A stretch of 64,000 nucleotides of DNA. Origin: Tubulanus polymorphus (Eukaryota; Animalia; Nemertea). The translations under genes were made by a program, and so were the position numbers. The notes below the pieces were generated by a model, which made no database searches, had not been told where the DNA came from, and saw only the letters and a list, made by a program, of their open reading frames with translations. The stretch is taken from contig NC_134036.1 in the NCBI RefSeq assembly GCF_964204645.1, forward strand, positions 2,728,001 through 2,792,000. The letters run 5' to 3'. This document shows positions 22,532-33,634 of the stretch, piece after piece (position 1 is the stretch's first letter; each line of letters starts with the position of its first letter).

Positions 22532-24766
22532 ATGCCTTCTACTAGAAAACAGATGTTGCCTAGCACTAATCGCTACTTGCTGGGAGCGTTGAACTACGCA
22601 GTTGGGGCCGGAGAGGTCGAGATGGCGCGTCGCATCATCTCAACCGGGATCGACATCAACGAAAAACTGAACCCTCGCAATTACGACCTCCTCTACGCGG
22701 CAACGTTGAGCAACAACGTCACGATTACAGGAATGATTCTGGAGGCGACCGATTCGTCCGCGTGGGACATCGAGGGTCAAATGGGCGTCGAGTACGTACA
22801 GGTGGCGTTAGCGAAAAACAACGAAGCGATGGTGAGATTGTTGTTGGAGCATCGAGCCGGGGCGTCGGTCGGAGTACCGTTCGCGTTCCGTCAGCAGGTC
22901 GTCTCCGAGAACGATCAACTCCGTTTACTCGAACTGATTCGCTCCGTCTCGACGACCAACGTCCGTTTACACGAATCGATAATAGGTAGCGCTAGTTACG
23001 GTAATTTACGCGTGTTCGAACGATTGTTGCACTGGGATCCGTTGACGACGCGTATATTCACGACAAGCACGATCGCAAAAGCGCTCGAAGGCGCCGCGTT
23101 CTTCGGACACGAAGACGTCGTCCGGAAGATCCTCGACTCGGAGGAGATGGCTCCGTTACTAACCGCCCAGCGTTTATCGGACGCTCTCGGCTGTTTGTGC
23201 GCCGATATTTTATCGCCCCGTCCTCAGCGTTACGCGCGTATCCTCGAGATGCTCGTCGAGAAAGGCGCGACGTCTCGTCAACTCAACAAATACCAATTGA
23301 CGTGCGCTTTTGAAACGAAAGAAAACATGTTGAAATCGCGACTGGCGTTCGGACACGAGATGAAGAGCTGTAAGAACGTCGACGCGTTGGTGCATTTCGC
23401 CGCGCTAGGGAATAACGTCGCGGCGATTAAAACGCTGACGAAAACGTTCAAATGGGACGTGAACTTGTTGGCGCACGTGCCGTACGTGAACGTCGTGAAT
23501 ACGGCGAATACGGGCGTCAAAATGACGGCGCTGGCGATCGCAGCGCGTCACAATAGCGTCGACGCAGCCCGGTATTTGTTGGAACTCGGGGCGAAAGTCG
23601 ACCATCGGTCGGACAAGGATAAACTAACGCCGTTACACCAAGCGAGTTTGAATCATAACTTCGAGATGATCGATATTCTGTTGAAAGCGGGCGCCGATGT
23701 CAAGCTAACCTGCGGCGGATGCTTGACCGCGTTACATCTGCTCGTATGGCACGAAGGTGACAATCCGGAATACGTCTTGAAACTCCTAAAGCGCGGCGCC
23801 AATCTCAAAGGCGTCGCCACTTCGCCGGTCGCCAAAGCTACGCTCGTCGGAACGCGTAGCAACAACGGAGAAAATGACGTCAGCGATAAAGAGAAGTTTT
23901 CGATTGTAACTCGTTGCTGTCGTAGCGGCGGACTCGAATCGTTGCGGGTATTGCTAAAACACGGAGCCGATGTCAACTCATACACGGCGTTGCTTGACGA
24001 GCCGCCGTTGACCAGCGCCTGCCGCGTGGACGATTGTCCCGTGTGGCCGCATTGCCCGCATCATAACATCGATCGCCAGAAGTCGATGATCGACGTGTTG
24101 CTTCCGGAAATCGACGAACAGAATAAATTCTTCCAGATACAACATGCTGTCGATTATTGCGTCGGGCGAAACTTCGAATTACTCGTGCATTTATTCACGC
24201 GCTGTGCCAACAACGATGACGGCGTGCTCCGACGATTCGTCATCGGGCAGCAGTCGTTTTTACGAACGTACGGCCCGCTCGACGTCGACAGCCCGGGTTC
24301 GTTGTCGACGCGTCAACTGATCGTCGTTTTGCAGACGATTATTCGACGGTTCGATCGTCGACGTTGGTTTTCGTGGAAGCCGTCGGATCTCGACGGTTTC
24401 TGGTACGATCACACGCCGTTCGTGGCGTTCGCGTTGCTCGGAGAATGCAGCGGACTTCCGAACGATATCGGCGATTACCTCGCCGCCCGAGCGTCCGCCG
24501 ACGGTGACTTCGCGTTGGTTAATTTAGTCCGCTATTACGCCGGTCGTCTCGAGAACGATTTCAGCGCGCCGTACGATTTGACCGACGACGAAAAGAGGGC
24601 GCTTTCGTCGCCGTTGACGTTGAAAAATCTGGCACGACTTTGTATACGCGAGTCGATTGGACGGAAAACCTGCGATGTTAATGAAGGCGTCCGGAAGTTG
24701 AAGGATATCCCGCTGCCGAAGTGTCTTATAGACTTTTTGATCTTTAAAGTGGCATCACTTATTTAG
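22532..24766 (+). CDS. Ankyrin repeat and SOCS box protein (ASB-like Cullin5/ElonginBC E3 substrate receptor), 744 aa, single coding exon
   Basis: Multiple ankyrin repeats (TALAIAA..LLELGAKVD, TPLHQAS..LLKAGADV, LLKHGADVN). C-terminal SOCS box PLTLKNLARLCIRESIG...IPLPKCLIDFL. Acceptor tttttcag ending 22510 and an in-frame TAA just before the ATG. Likely noncoding first exon ending at the GTAAGG donor at 20681. Confidence 0.92.
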   Translation: MPSTRKQMLPSTNRYLLGALNYAVGAGEVEMARRIISTGIDINEKLNPRNYDLLYAATLSNNVTITGMILEATDSSAWDIEGQMGVEYVQVALAKNNEAMVRLLLEHRAGASVGVPFAFRQQVVSENDQLRLLELIRSVSTTNVRLHESIIGSASYGNLRVFERLLHWDPLTTRIFTTSTIAKALEGAAFFGHEDVVRKILDSEEMAPLLTAQRLSDALGCLCADILSPRPQRYARILEMLVEKGATSRQLNKYQLTCAFETKENMLKSRLAFGHEMKSCKNVDALVHFAALGNNVAAIKTLTKTFKWDVNLLAHVPYVNVVNTANTGVKMTALAIAARHNSVDAARYLLELGAKVDHRSDKDKLTPLHQASLNHNFEMIDILLKAGADVKLTCGGCLTALHLLVWHEGDNPEYVLKLLKRGANLKGVATSPVAKATLVGTRSNNGENDVSDKEKFSIVTRCCRSGGLESLRVLLKHGADVNSYTALLDEPPLTSACRVDDCPVWPHCPHHNIDRQKSMIDVLLPEIDEQNKFFQIQHAVDYCVGRNFELLVHLFTRCANNDDGVLRRFVIGQQSFLRTYGPLDVDSPGSLSTRQLIVVLQTIIRRFDRRRWFSWKPSDLDGFWYDHTPFVAFALLGECSGLPNDIGDYLAARASADGDFALVNLVRYYAGRLENDFSAPYDLTDDEKRALSSPLTLKNLARLCIRESIGRKTCDVNEGVRKLKDIPLPKCLIDFLIFKVASLI

Positions 24767-25877
24767 TAGAATGAGGAATTCACAATGAGCCCAGTTACAT
24801 AAACTCAAAGTTACCCCTATAACGGACTGAGTTAGCCACTACCTGCTTCAAAAGCACAGCGAGACCATGATGTCCCAAACATCAAAATGCTCCCAGAGAT
24901 TATTTCGTCCCTTAATTTATGAAACTCGTTCATCTCACGAAGATACTTCAACGTATGGAGGGACCCCAGGGGCGTACTCTATTATGACCTCCGAAGTCTC
25001 CGTCCGAAATCTCCGGTTGGCTCCACACAAAATCCGAATCACACCACCTCGGCAGAAAGGAGGTTTCGGAGACTCCAAAAAGTCACGTGACCAATAAAAG
25101 AGTACGATTGGAGGCAAACGGATTCTCCGATCTGATAAAAGAGTTCGCCCCAGATGCATAAACCAGGGAGGTGGGAGTCACCTCCCTGCATAAACTCAAA
25201 GTGGGGATAATATCCCCAAAGACTGAGTTAGTCACTACTTGCCTGAAAAGCACAGCGAAACCATGTGTCCCAAACATCAAAATGCTCCCAGAGATTATTT
25301 CACCCCCACATCTATGAAACTCGTCAATCTTACTAAGAAACTTCAATGTCTTGATGGGGTATCTATTACCATTCTGACCCTAGATGCTTCTTCAACAAGC
25401 ACTTCACGATAATGGTCTTTCCAGAGGACTGGACATAACCTCAGCCTGATGACATCCTGGTTAGTGTAGGTGTTCTGAGCCTTCTGATGAAACCGGCAGC
25501 CTATAGGGATTTATATTGAAAATATATCTCCCATTGGTCTGAATGATTGCCTTAAATTTACAAACGAATGATGTAAAATAAGATTGAACTACTTTAGAGA
25601 TGCTCCTCAGATGGGAAAACCTAACCATTGTTTACAGAAATGTGCATGTTCTTAAACCGTTACTTTATCTTCTTCTAAACTCAATGTGCAGGAAGAAATG
25701 ACAGACATCTGCAAAAACATTAAAAAAACATCGGAATCCGAGAGATGATTGAAGGTGATCATTTCCTTTAGTCATCAAGATATTATCTCATCGTCGTACT
25801 TAGAAGCCTTGATTGAGTGTATTCAAATTTCAGTCTTAGAGGGATTGTATTATGTCGTTGTTGTTGTTGTTTGTCAG

Positions 25878-26154
25878 CAGGGGCGGATCCAGGTTGCCTT
25901 CCATGCCTTCCGGAAGGCAGTCAAAATTTTTAGGTTCCCTCAAAAATCAAAGTAATAAATTTTTCTTTCAACTCTGAGAAAAAAATTGCGCCTGGCATGC
26001 TTTCAAAAACGAAGTGGTGGTTTTCCGATGGAATTCGGGCGTCGCCGCTGCGCGGCTCGCTGACTCAAGTGCAGACAATTTCTCATATGATTACAATAAT
26101 ATGCCCTATTAAATCTAGGAAGGCAATCGAGTTTGCCCTCTGGATCCGCCCCTG
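25878..26154. mobile_element. MITE with perfect 15-bp TIRs and 5-bp TSD (GTCAG)
   Basis: gtcag|caggggcggatccag ... ctggatccgcccctg|gtcag; related ends at ~33226-33478 and ~43415-43550. Confidence 0.88.
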
Positions 26155-26727
26155 GTCAGCGAGTAAATATATCGTTAACTGTCCCATCGTTTCCTGAATA
26201 AACTTATCCTTATTATCTACGAGTCATATCTCTAATGTATCTATGCTAATCAGTACCGGTGTAAACGTATTAACAACATGATGTATTTATTTTCAAAGTA
26301 TAATAAAATCTATGATTTTGTCTAACAAAAAGCACCGAGTTTAATTAAACCTCCTTTCAATTTATCGTGGCATCGGAAGGCATCGATAATTCATTAAACA
26401 CAAGACTTGAAACAAATCACACCCAGTGAACTGATGATCCGATCAAAAGAAAAAATTCCTTACATCTCTACAAAAATTTGGTGTTTCAAAACATTAAAAA
26501 TCGGCTCTTTTTACTGCTAAATTCGCGACAAAACCAACGCCTACAATGACCTAGTTATCAATACCTTCGCCCTTAATGTTTCGTAGTATTGAGCGCCTAC
26601 AATCACATAAATAAGGATTCGAACCCACACCCGAGGACGTTTAAAAAACTACCACAATAGCAATCATTTTTTTATTTGCATACATGACGCGTGGATACCA
26701 GGCTGCCTTGCAACTAACCTCAACAAA

Positions 26728-29700
26728 ATGTCAATACGAAGGGGTAGTCTAAAAGACTACGATTGCTCCTATAAAGTGTTAGTAATCGGGGATTTGAACG
26801 TTGGGAAGACTTGTTTTTTATACCGATATTGTGACGGTGTGTTTAAGAATCTGTATACATCGACCGTCGGTGAGTGACAGTGCCTAGTAGTAGCATCCAT
26901 TAGCATATTGAATATGGTGCTCTGCTGTATCAGCTGCTTGCTTAGTAGTGGTGTCTGACACCAAAACTACACACTTGCCAGGACACGGTTGTAGTGGCAG
27001 GTCTACAAAAATACACAAAATCCTGAATCACAATACTTCAAAACACCAAATATCAGATATACTGTCGCAGGGTTTAGAATGATTGTCCTCCGAATTTGGC
27101 TTCCTTTTTTGGCTGTGAATCTTGATCTATACGATCCTATATTGATACCTTTTCCATTGCTGGAAAGCCCATGGTAGCTGAGTTGATTTGCATAATGCAA
27201 CAGAGCTCATCGCACTCGAATAACAAACACAATCTAAGGGTTCACATAATATATTTTTTGTCCTACTTTGTGACGAGTCCCTTCTTGAAGGGATCTAGTT
27301 TACGACCTACTTCGCGCCTTATGAAATAGCAAGTGAACCTTGACATGGCAAGTGGAAATTAAAATGATCTACTTTTGTTGTGAAGGCATATTCACTGAAA
27401 TTAAAGATAAATTCGTTCCTATCTAACGACTGACAACATTCATATTGGCCAAAAGACAAATGTGATCACCCTACTAGATTCTGCATCTGGCATCTAACAT
27501 AACGATTAGCAATCTAGGATGTTTAAGATTTTCGTTTTCAGGTTTTGACTATAAAACTGTCTTCAAAACTGTCGATAACGTTAAAATCAAACTCCAAATA
27601 TGGTAAGAGCACGTTACATTCTATACATTAGGGCATCCAATAACCGGTTTCTACAATATCTTTACAAACATTGTTTACTTTCAATTAGTCATGATTCTCA
27701 AAATACATAACGTTATAGCGTCTATAGAAAGTGAAACAGCCGACATCTTTGAAACAAGTGTTAGAAAAAATGGGACTGTGTCACGGCCATGGCACAAAAT
27801 GGAGCGACCAAAAATAGAAGGCTTAAAAGAAACTTTATCTCCCGTTAAAGTGCCTTGATCTACACTGTCTTTCTTTCAAAAATCTATTGTATTTGATGTA
27901 CGTGTATTGAATGAAGTTATCACTATATATCAGATAGCCGATACTGTACTTTTCTTTTTGCAAATTTCATGAAAGAATCAGTTCATCTGGATAGTTGGGC
28001 CACCGCCTAATGATTGTTTAGAATTGATTGGTCTGTTCCTTGGGTGTGAGGGCCAACAAGACAATAGTGCACCCGGTTTTATTTCTCCATTGCAGGGACA
28101 CTGCCGGTCAAGAGAGATACAGGACGCTTACGTCAGCCTACTACCGTGGAGCTATGGTATTTTCCAAAATAACTCGAGCTTAAGATGAATATCTTCGTTG
28201 TTCACCTTCTCTAAGCTAATTTGGGTCACGATTGACGGAATAAGGGGGTTTTTGTCTCAACATTACTATCTAATGTTAAATATTCATAATGTCCTTTTTG
28301 AGAAACTAGACCCAGGCCGCGATTATCCTATATTTTTGGTTTAGGTGTATATAATGAATATTTGTAGGGTATAGTTTTGATGTATGACATCACACGAGTT
28401 GAAACGTTCAACAGTATCCCGAGTTGGTACGAGAACATCAGATCGGTAAGTTTGTGTCAAATAGCAGCATAAAACGAAAGGGGGATAATACCGCCGAAAA
28501 ATCATCGAAGAATTCCAGAGAACATTGGCCCAAACTCGATATGCCAGTGAGATCGTCTCGACCAATGGAGGGAACGAAAGGGGCGAAATCGAAATAAGGG
28601 TAAAAATTATTGCACGATAGTTGAAGTTTGATATTTTGGGTGCGAGATCAAAGGAAGCGGGAAAGGTCAAACATTTATCCGAGACAAGGTTTGTGGGTTC
28701 TAGAGCCAAATCAACCTTGGATTTCGACACAAACATAGACAGCTTTTGAAGCAGTCAGTTTTTTACGCATCCTGCTGCTTTTGCAACACTGCATAGTCAA
28801 GACAGTTTTGGGGTCATCAGATATCAATTGGCAAAATTTTTTTGGATCGATTTTGAATAGTTGTCTTCTGTGTATCTTTGGTAGTTTACGTATATGACAT
28901 TCTTGCTTCCATCGAATTCTCATTTTCTCTGTGCTCGCTGTAGATGTCGTCGGGAGAGGTTTCGGTGATACTGGTGGGAACGAAGTCGGATTGCGATTGG
29001 AAAAGAGAAGTCGACATCGGCAGAGCAAGAAAAGTATGATATATTAAAACGACTATTTGTATGAAATAACAACCGTTAAGATGACAACATCAAGGTTCCT
29101 TGTGCTACTCTTCACCAGCAAGAACAACATCTAGATAGACACCACAAAATAAATTCCCCGACAAAATTTCCTGATATCCCTGGGACCAGTTGCTGAAAAG
29201 TTGGTTAGAGTTAACCAGTGGATAGTTGACATAGTGACAATTAAAAGTTTATCGTAATATTGGTATTCGAGCGCAGGTTATCTTTAACCAACCTTTTAGC
29301 AAACTGGCCCACTCATTTGATGGTGACATCAATATATATGAATGCGGAAGGAGAGTGAATTTATGGTGGTCTGACATCTTAATCTCTAAATCAATAATAA
29401 ATATGTTCATATCACAAGAAGATTTTATGGAGGCAGCCATCTTCTCTGGAAGTTACTTCATCGCCACATCGAGTTGATGGTGCTGCTGTGGATGATGGAC
29501 GCACGAACGAACATTTCCAGAACCGTCGTCAAAATTAAGCTTCTCTTTTATCCATTCCTGCTGATAAAGTACATTTTTTGTCTTCTCTCCAATTTTCCAG
29601 TTGGCCGAAACGTTCGACATGGAATTTTTCGAAGTCAGCGCAAAATTGAACATCAATTTAGACGCCGTGTTCGACGAACTCGTTCGCAACATGTTGAAAC

Positions 29701-29956
29701 ATCGAAACCAGAGACGGGTACAAATAATGATGATTCAAATTTCGTAACGGTGTCATATCCATTTCTAAATCTGTAACCGTGTTTGCCTCTAATTTTGCCT
29801 CTAAAAACTTCGGATCAGGGTTTCATTTTTGTTAACATTATCGAGATTTTGAGATGTTGTCATATGATATTTCAGATGAGTTTTATCGGCGAGATGGGTA
29901 GTCCTCCAGTGGCACCGGAGTCGCAACAGAAATCCTCGTGGTGCAGTTGTGGGTAA
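26728..29956 (+). CDS. Rab GTPase, divergent Rab8/Rab10/Rab13 (Sec4) group, 209 aa, 7 exons
   Basis: Exons 26728-26869, 27542-27602, 28096-28156, 28368-28445, 28944-29033, 29601-29717, 29876-29956 (630 nt, in frame). [56 protein letters not shown], C-terminal WCSCG prenylation motif. Missed by the ORF track. Confidence 0.92.
29181..29311. mobile_element. ~130-bp palindromic MITE family (GGG.CCAGTTG...CAACTGGCCC); copies also at 57203-57334 and 60106-60237
   Basis: Shared core agttggttagagttaaccagt..atagttgacatagtgacaattaaaa..ggttatctttaaccaac in three intronic copies. Confidence 0.85.
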
Positions 29957-30191
29957 GAGACTCTTCCAGACACGGCATTCGCTTCCCGCAACTACAGCAG
30001 TAACCATCGCCACGAGAACAATGACTGATAAACGATACATTCTTGAACAAATTCGATAATCAAACCCATCGCCGTTTCTGAGAGAAGATGAGATTTAGAA
30101 AAACTTTGAAATTTCATCATTATTATTCGTGGAATTATTCGTTACCACCTCATATGGCATTTTTTACACTAGCATATTCTCCGGTAAAGTA

Positions 30192-30365
30192 TAGACTCCG
30201 CTCGAGTCGGATACGACCTACTCACGGATGACAGTTCAACGCTCATGTTTTTTAGAATATCTTTTGTTACACTATATATGAATGAAATACATAGCACCCA
30301 ACTTGGATATCACCCCGTCGGACACATTTTATGGTCCCAAAAGATCCGACTCGCGAGCGGAGTCT
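30192..30365. mobile_element. MITE, possibly Tc1/mariner-like
   Basis: agactccgctcgagtcggat ... atccgactcgcgagcggagtct inverted ends; similar TIR elements at 53348-53512 and ~54253-54340. Confidence 0.7.
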
Positions 30366-32346
30366 TAACTGTCTTAGCGCGGTGTAATGATAAAACGACT
30401 TTTGTGACTGTGCAATTGTTTAGAACTTTTTTTGTGACTGGCGGTAATCACAACCTGTCGATGGTGTGACATTGTTAACTGACTGAGAAGTTTATTGAAA
30501 TATTTCGGCAGTTTAGTCCTTTTACGAAGAGAGGTTAATTATATCCGCCAAAAATGAAGTCTATATCTTCATAAACTTTTTAGTCAATTTGCAATTGCGG
30601 GATTTTCACGTTTTTCTACTGCATCATGAATATTGCGATTTCAAATGATTCATCCTTCATGAAAACTTTCACACTGTAATTTTTTCTAGTAGACATGTAT
30701 GCTTACTGGCATATTGAGAGGTTTCATTGGGGAATGGCCAGTATTTTTCCATCTCCCAAAAAGTACATTTCAATATTTCAATCAATAACACCTATGTGTT
30801 CATGAGATCGACTTCTTTTCTAAACTTTTCTCGACCTTTTAATGAATGGGGTAAATCTTTTTTCGTAGTATCTCAAACCTTTTTTTAAGTCTATCGTATT
30901 TTTTTAGAAATCCATATTTTTCTCAGACATGTTAGTGAGAAATACGAGTGAGTGAGCCCATATTTGAATTAGGACCAATCGTTGTTTTTATATTATGTTC
31001 ATAGTGCTAGATAAACGTTCAAGTAAAGGTATGGGCTCTATTTTCTTTTAATTTTTGACATATCAACTTTTCTTATTTATACACGTTCATGCATATTGTC
31101 TAAACAAATAAATATAAAAAGGCAAATACCTGGTGGTACTGATAAGTCTTCAATCTCTATTATATCCAAAGCCTAACAACTGCATCCTAAAGAATCTTAT
31201 TTTGTAAAAATTTTGCCCGTCACAACTTTATTATATTTGTCTAACTTATACTCCATATTTGAAATCAAATTAACGCGTTTGAAAGTTCGAACCTTTCCGA
31301 ATTTAGGCGGATGCTACCATCACGGAAGCTTAAGCGAGTCTGTAGACTTTTCTTTATCTAAGCATTTTTTTCATGCGTATAAGGCCTATCAATTGGTGAA
31401 ATGTATATATTTTTTTTTATATCTAGGACACGCCGTCTCCGCATCTTGCAACATTTTTGTTACTGGTATCATTATTTTAAATATCGTTATCAATATAATG
31501 AAAAATTACGTTATAATCTATGTATATAATAAAAACAGCTTTGAAAGAAAGTGACTATGATTTCGTTCATTACGTTTATGCCTGAATATTCTCCAATTCG
31601 AGGGAGGACAGTACAGTATCCGAGTATCCTAACCCGAAGCTCATCGGGATTAATGTAGGTATAACAGGTTTGTCAACATTGCCATATTAAACGTTTCAAT
31701 ATTAAACTAAAATGGACTTACTTTTTACAAAAACTTTTCCTGTTCTTCACCAGCTTTTCCAATTCAGTCCCTTTTTTCACCTTGTTCGTACTTTTTCAAA
31801 ATTTGGTTCGACAGTTTTTGAGTGAACGTCGCGCGATATTGCAACACGCCGCCCATGTATTAGTATCTGCCGAGTATCCGCTTCCAAATTAAACCGAATT
31901 GAACGCATAAAATCAAACTCAAAGCAAGGCCTGTTCGAACACCGTTCGTTTAAATTCACATTCGGATATTTGACCATGTCCTCGACTCCAGTAAAAGTTA
32001 ATACTACCGAGATACCCCACGGCATATTCCGACCTACTCGCCCATTCGACCGATGACTTCATACTAACGTATGGGTTCTAGATTCCTATGAATCCTTACC
32101 TACAGAAGGTCGATCTTGACGCCTGACTATCTCGAACCAGGTCAACTTCATCGAACGGTTTTGGCCGGACGAATTTTCAAAAGGCCTCGCGCTTTAATCC
32201 GTAGGTAAGCCGCTATAACACATAGCTGATCGGCTTAGTGGCGTGGTTGACTGGTCCCAGGGTAGCGGGTTCGCAGTCGACTGTATCGATGGAAATTTGA
32301 AATGATTTCATATTGAAAACCGTTGGTGAAACACTATTCCGTGTTA

Positions 32347-32658
32347 GAGAATCCCACCAAAACGAGAAAGATGAAGTCCATTCCAAAAAGTTTCCTTCGA
32401 GCAGATAATGTATTGAATTGACGCTTCGACTATAACCTATATGTCATCTTAGTTCCTGGGTCCGGTTGCAGTCATGGCTTAGATTAAGACCAAATTATCT
32501 AACTACTTAAGACCAGTTTAAACATTTAAGACCACTTTTGGACTGTTCACAACTGGCCCCTGGAGATGACTATAAGGATAAGGATATAGTCGAAACGTTG
32601 AATTCAATGAATTTTGAACTTTTCGGAATTCATCTTTCTCGTTTTGTGTGGGATTCTC
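32347..32658. mobile_element. Inverted pair of Penelope-like terminal repeats with decayed minimal hammerhead cores, interrupted by a MITE (~32457-32562)
   Basis: Arms gagaatcccac..aaaacgagaaagatgaa..ttcgactata..gtcatct and agatgactata..tatagtcgaaacgt..ttcatctttctcgtttt..gtgggattctc. Confidence 0.6.
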
Positions 32659-33634
32659 CATATTTCATATTGAAAATCCCCGCCCGCAATACCTGAATAA
32701 AAAGTCGTCTGATCCATCCAATCTGTATGCCTGTCCCGCATTATTGTACATGATTAAAAGACCTTTCCCCGAATTTCATGACCACACAAAAAGGATGAAT
32801 TAATATAAATTATTTTTTATTAGTCTCGAATGAATTATTTGCTTACGCTTACAATCACAAATAAAAAGAACTCGTTTGCTTGATACATTGATTAAATCTA
32901 GAGACATTTTCAACGGCGCCGTTTGGAAAAATAACGGCTGCTGAGCATTACAAGTATACACGAAATTCTTATACAGAAAAAAACAACAATTCTCGATTTA
33001 TTTGAATCTTGGTTTGTATATGTTACAATTTTTTTTTTATTCATCGCCAAATCTCATTAAAAAAATCCCAATCCACAAATAACGCCAACATTTTCAATTA
33101 CGTACAATGTATATTTGTTCCACAGTTGAAAAATTTGGAATATTTTCCCCAACCCGCGATTTTAACTTATTACAACCTATCGATTGGTCTGGAAAAACTA
33201 TCGATCTTGTAACAAGGTGGTGTACCAGGGTGGATCCAGGAAAATTAGAAGGCCAGGGTCCAGATAGAAAGAAAAGGCATTACTCGGATAAAGCAGCCTT
33301 AGGCCTCTATTGGGTTTCTGCACTTGGTTTAAGATATTCTTAAAGAAATACATCCTAAAGGTTGCAAATTTCAAGATGATGATGGTAAATTTTTAAATAT
33401 TCCGTCTTCATACGAAAAGGGCAACCTCAATGGGAAAGTAGGGCCTGACCCGGAGACTATTCCCTAAATCTGCCCCTGGTCTGGCATTATTCATAATAAT
33501 GCCAACATTTCATTTTCAATTACAATTTATTTTTGGAATATTTCCCCTAAATCCCGATCTCAACTTATTACAACAACATATCAATGAGTCTAGAAAAGCC
33601 ATCGATCTCGTAAACAAGGGGTCGCGTTGCTAGG

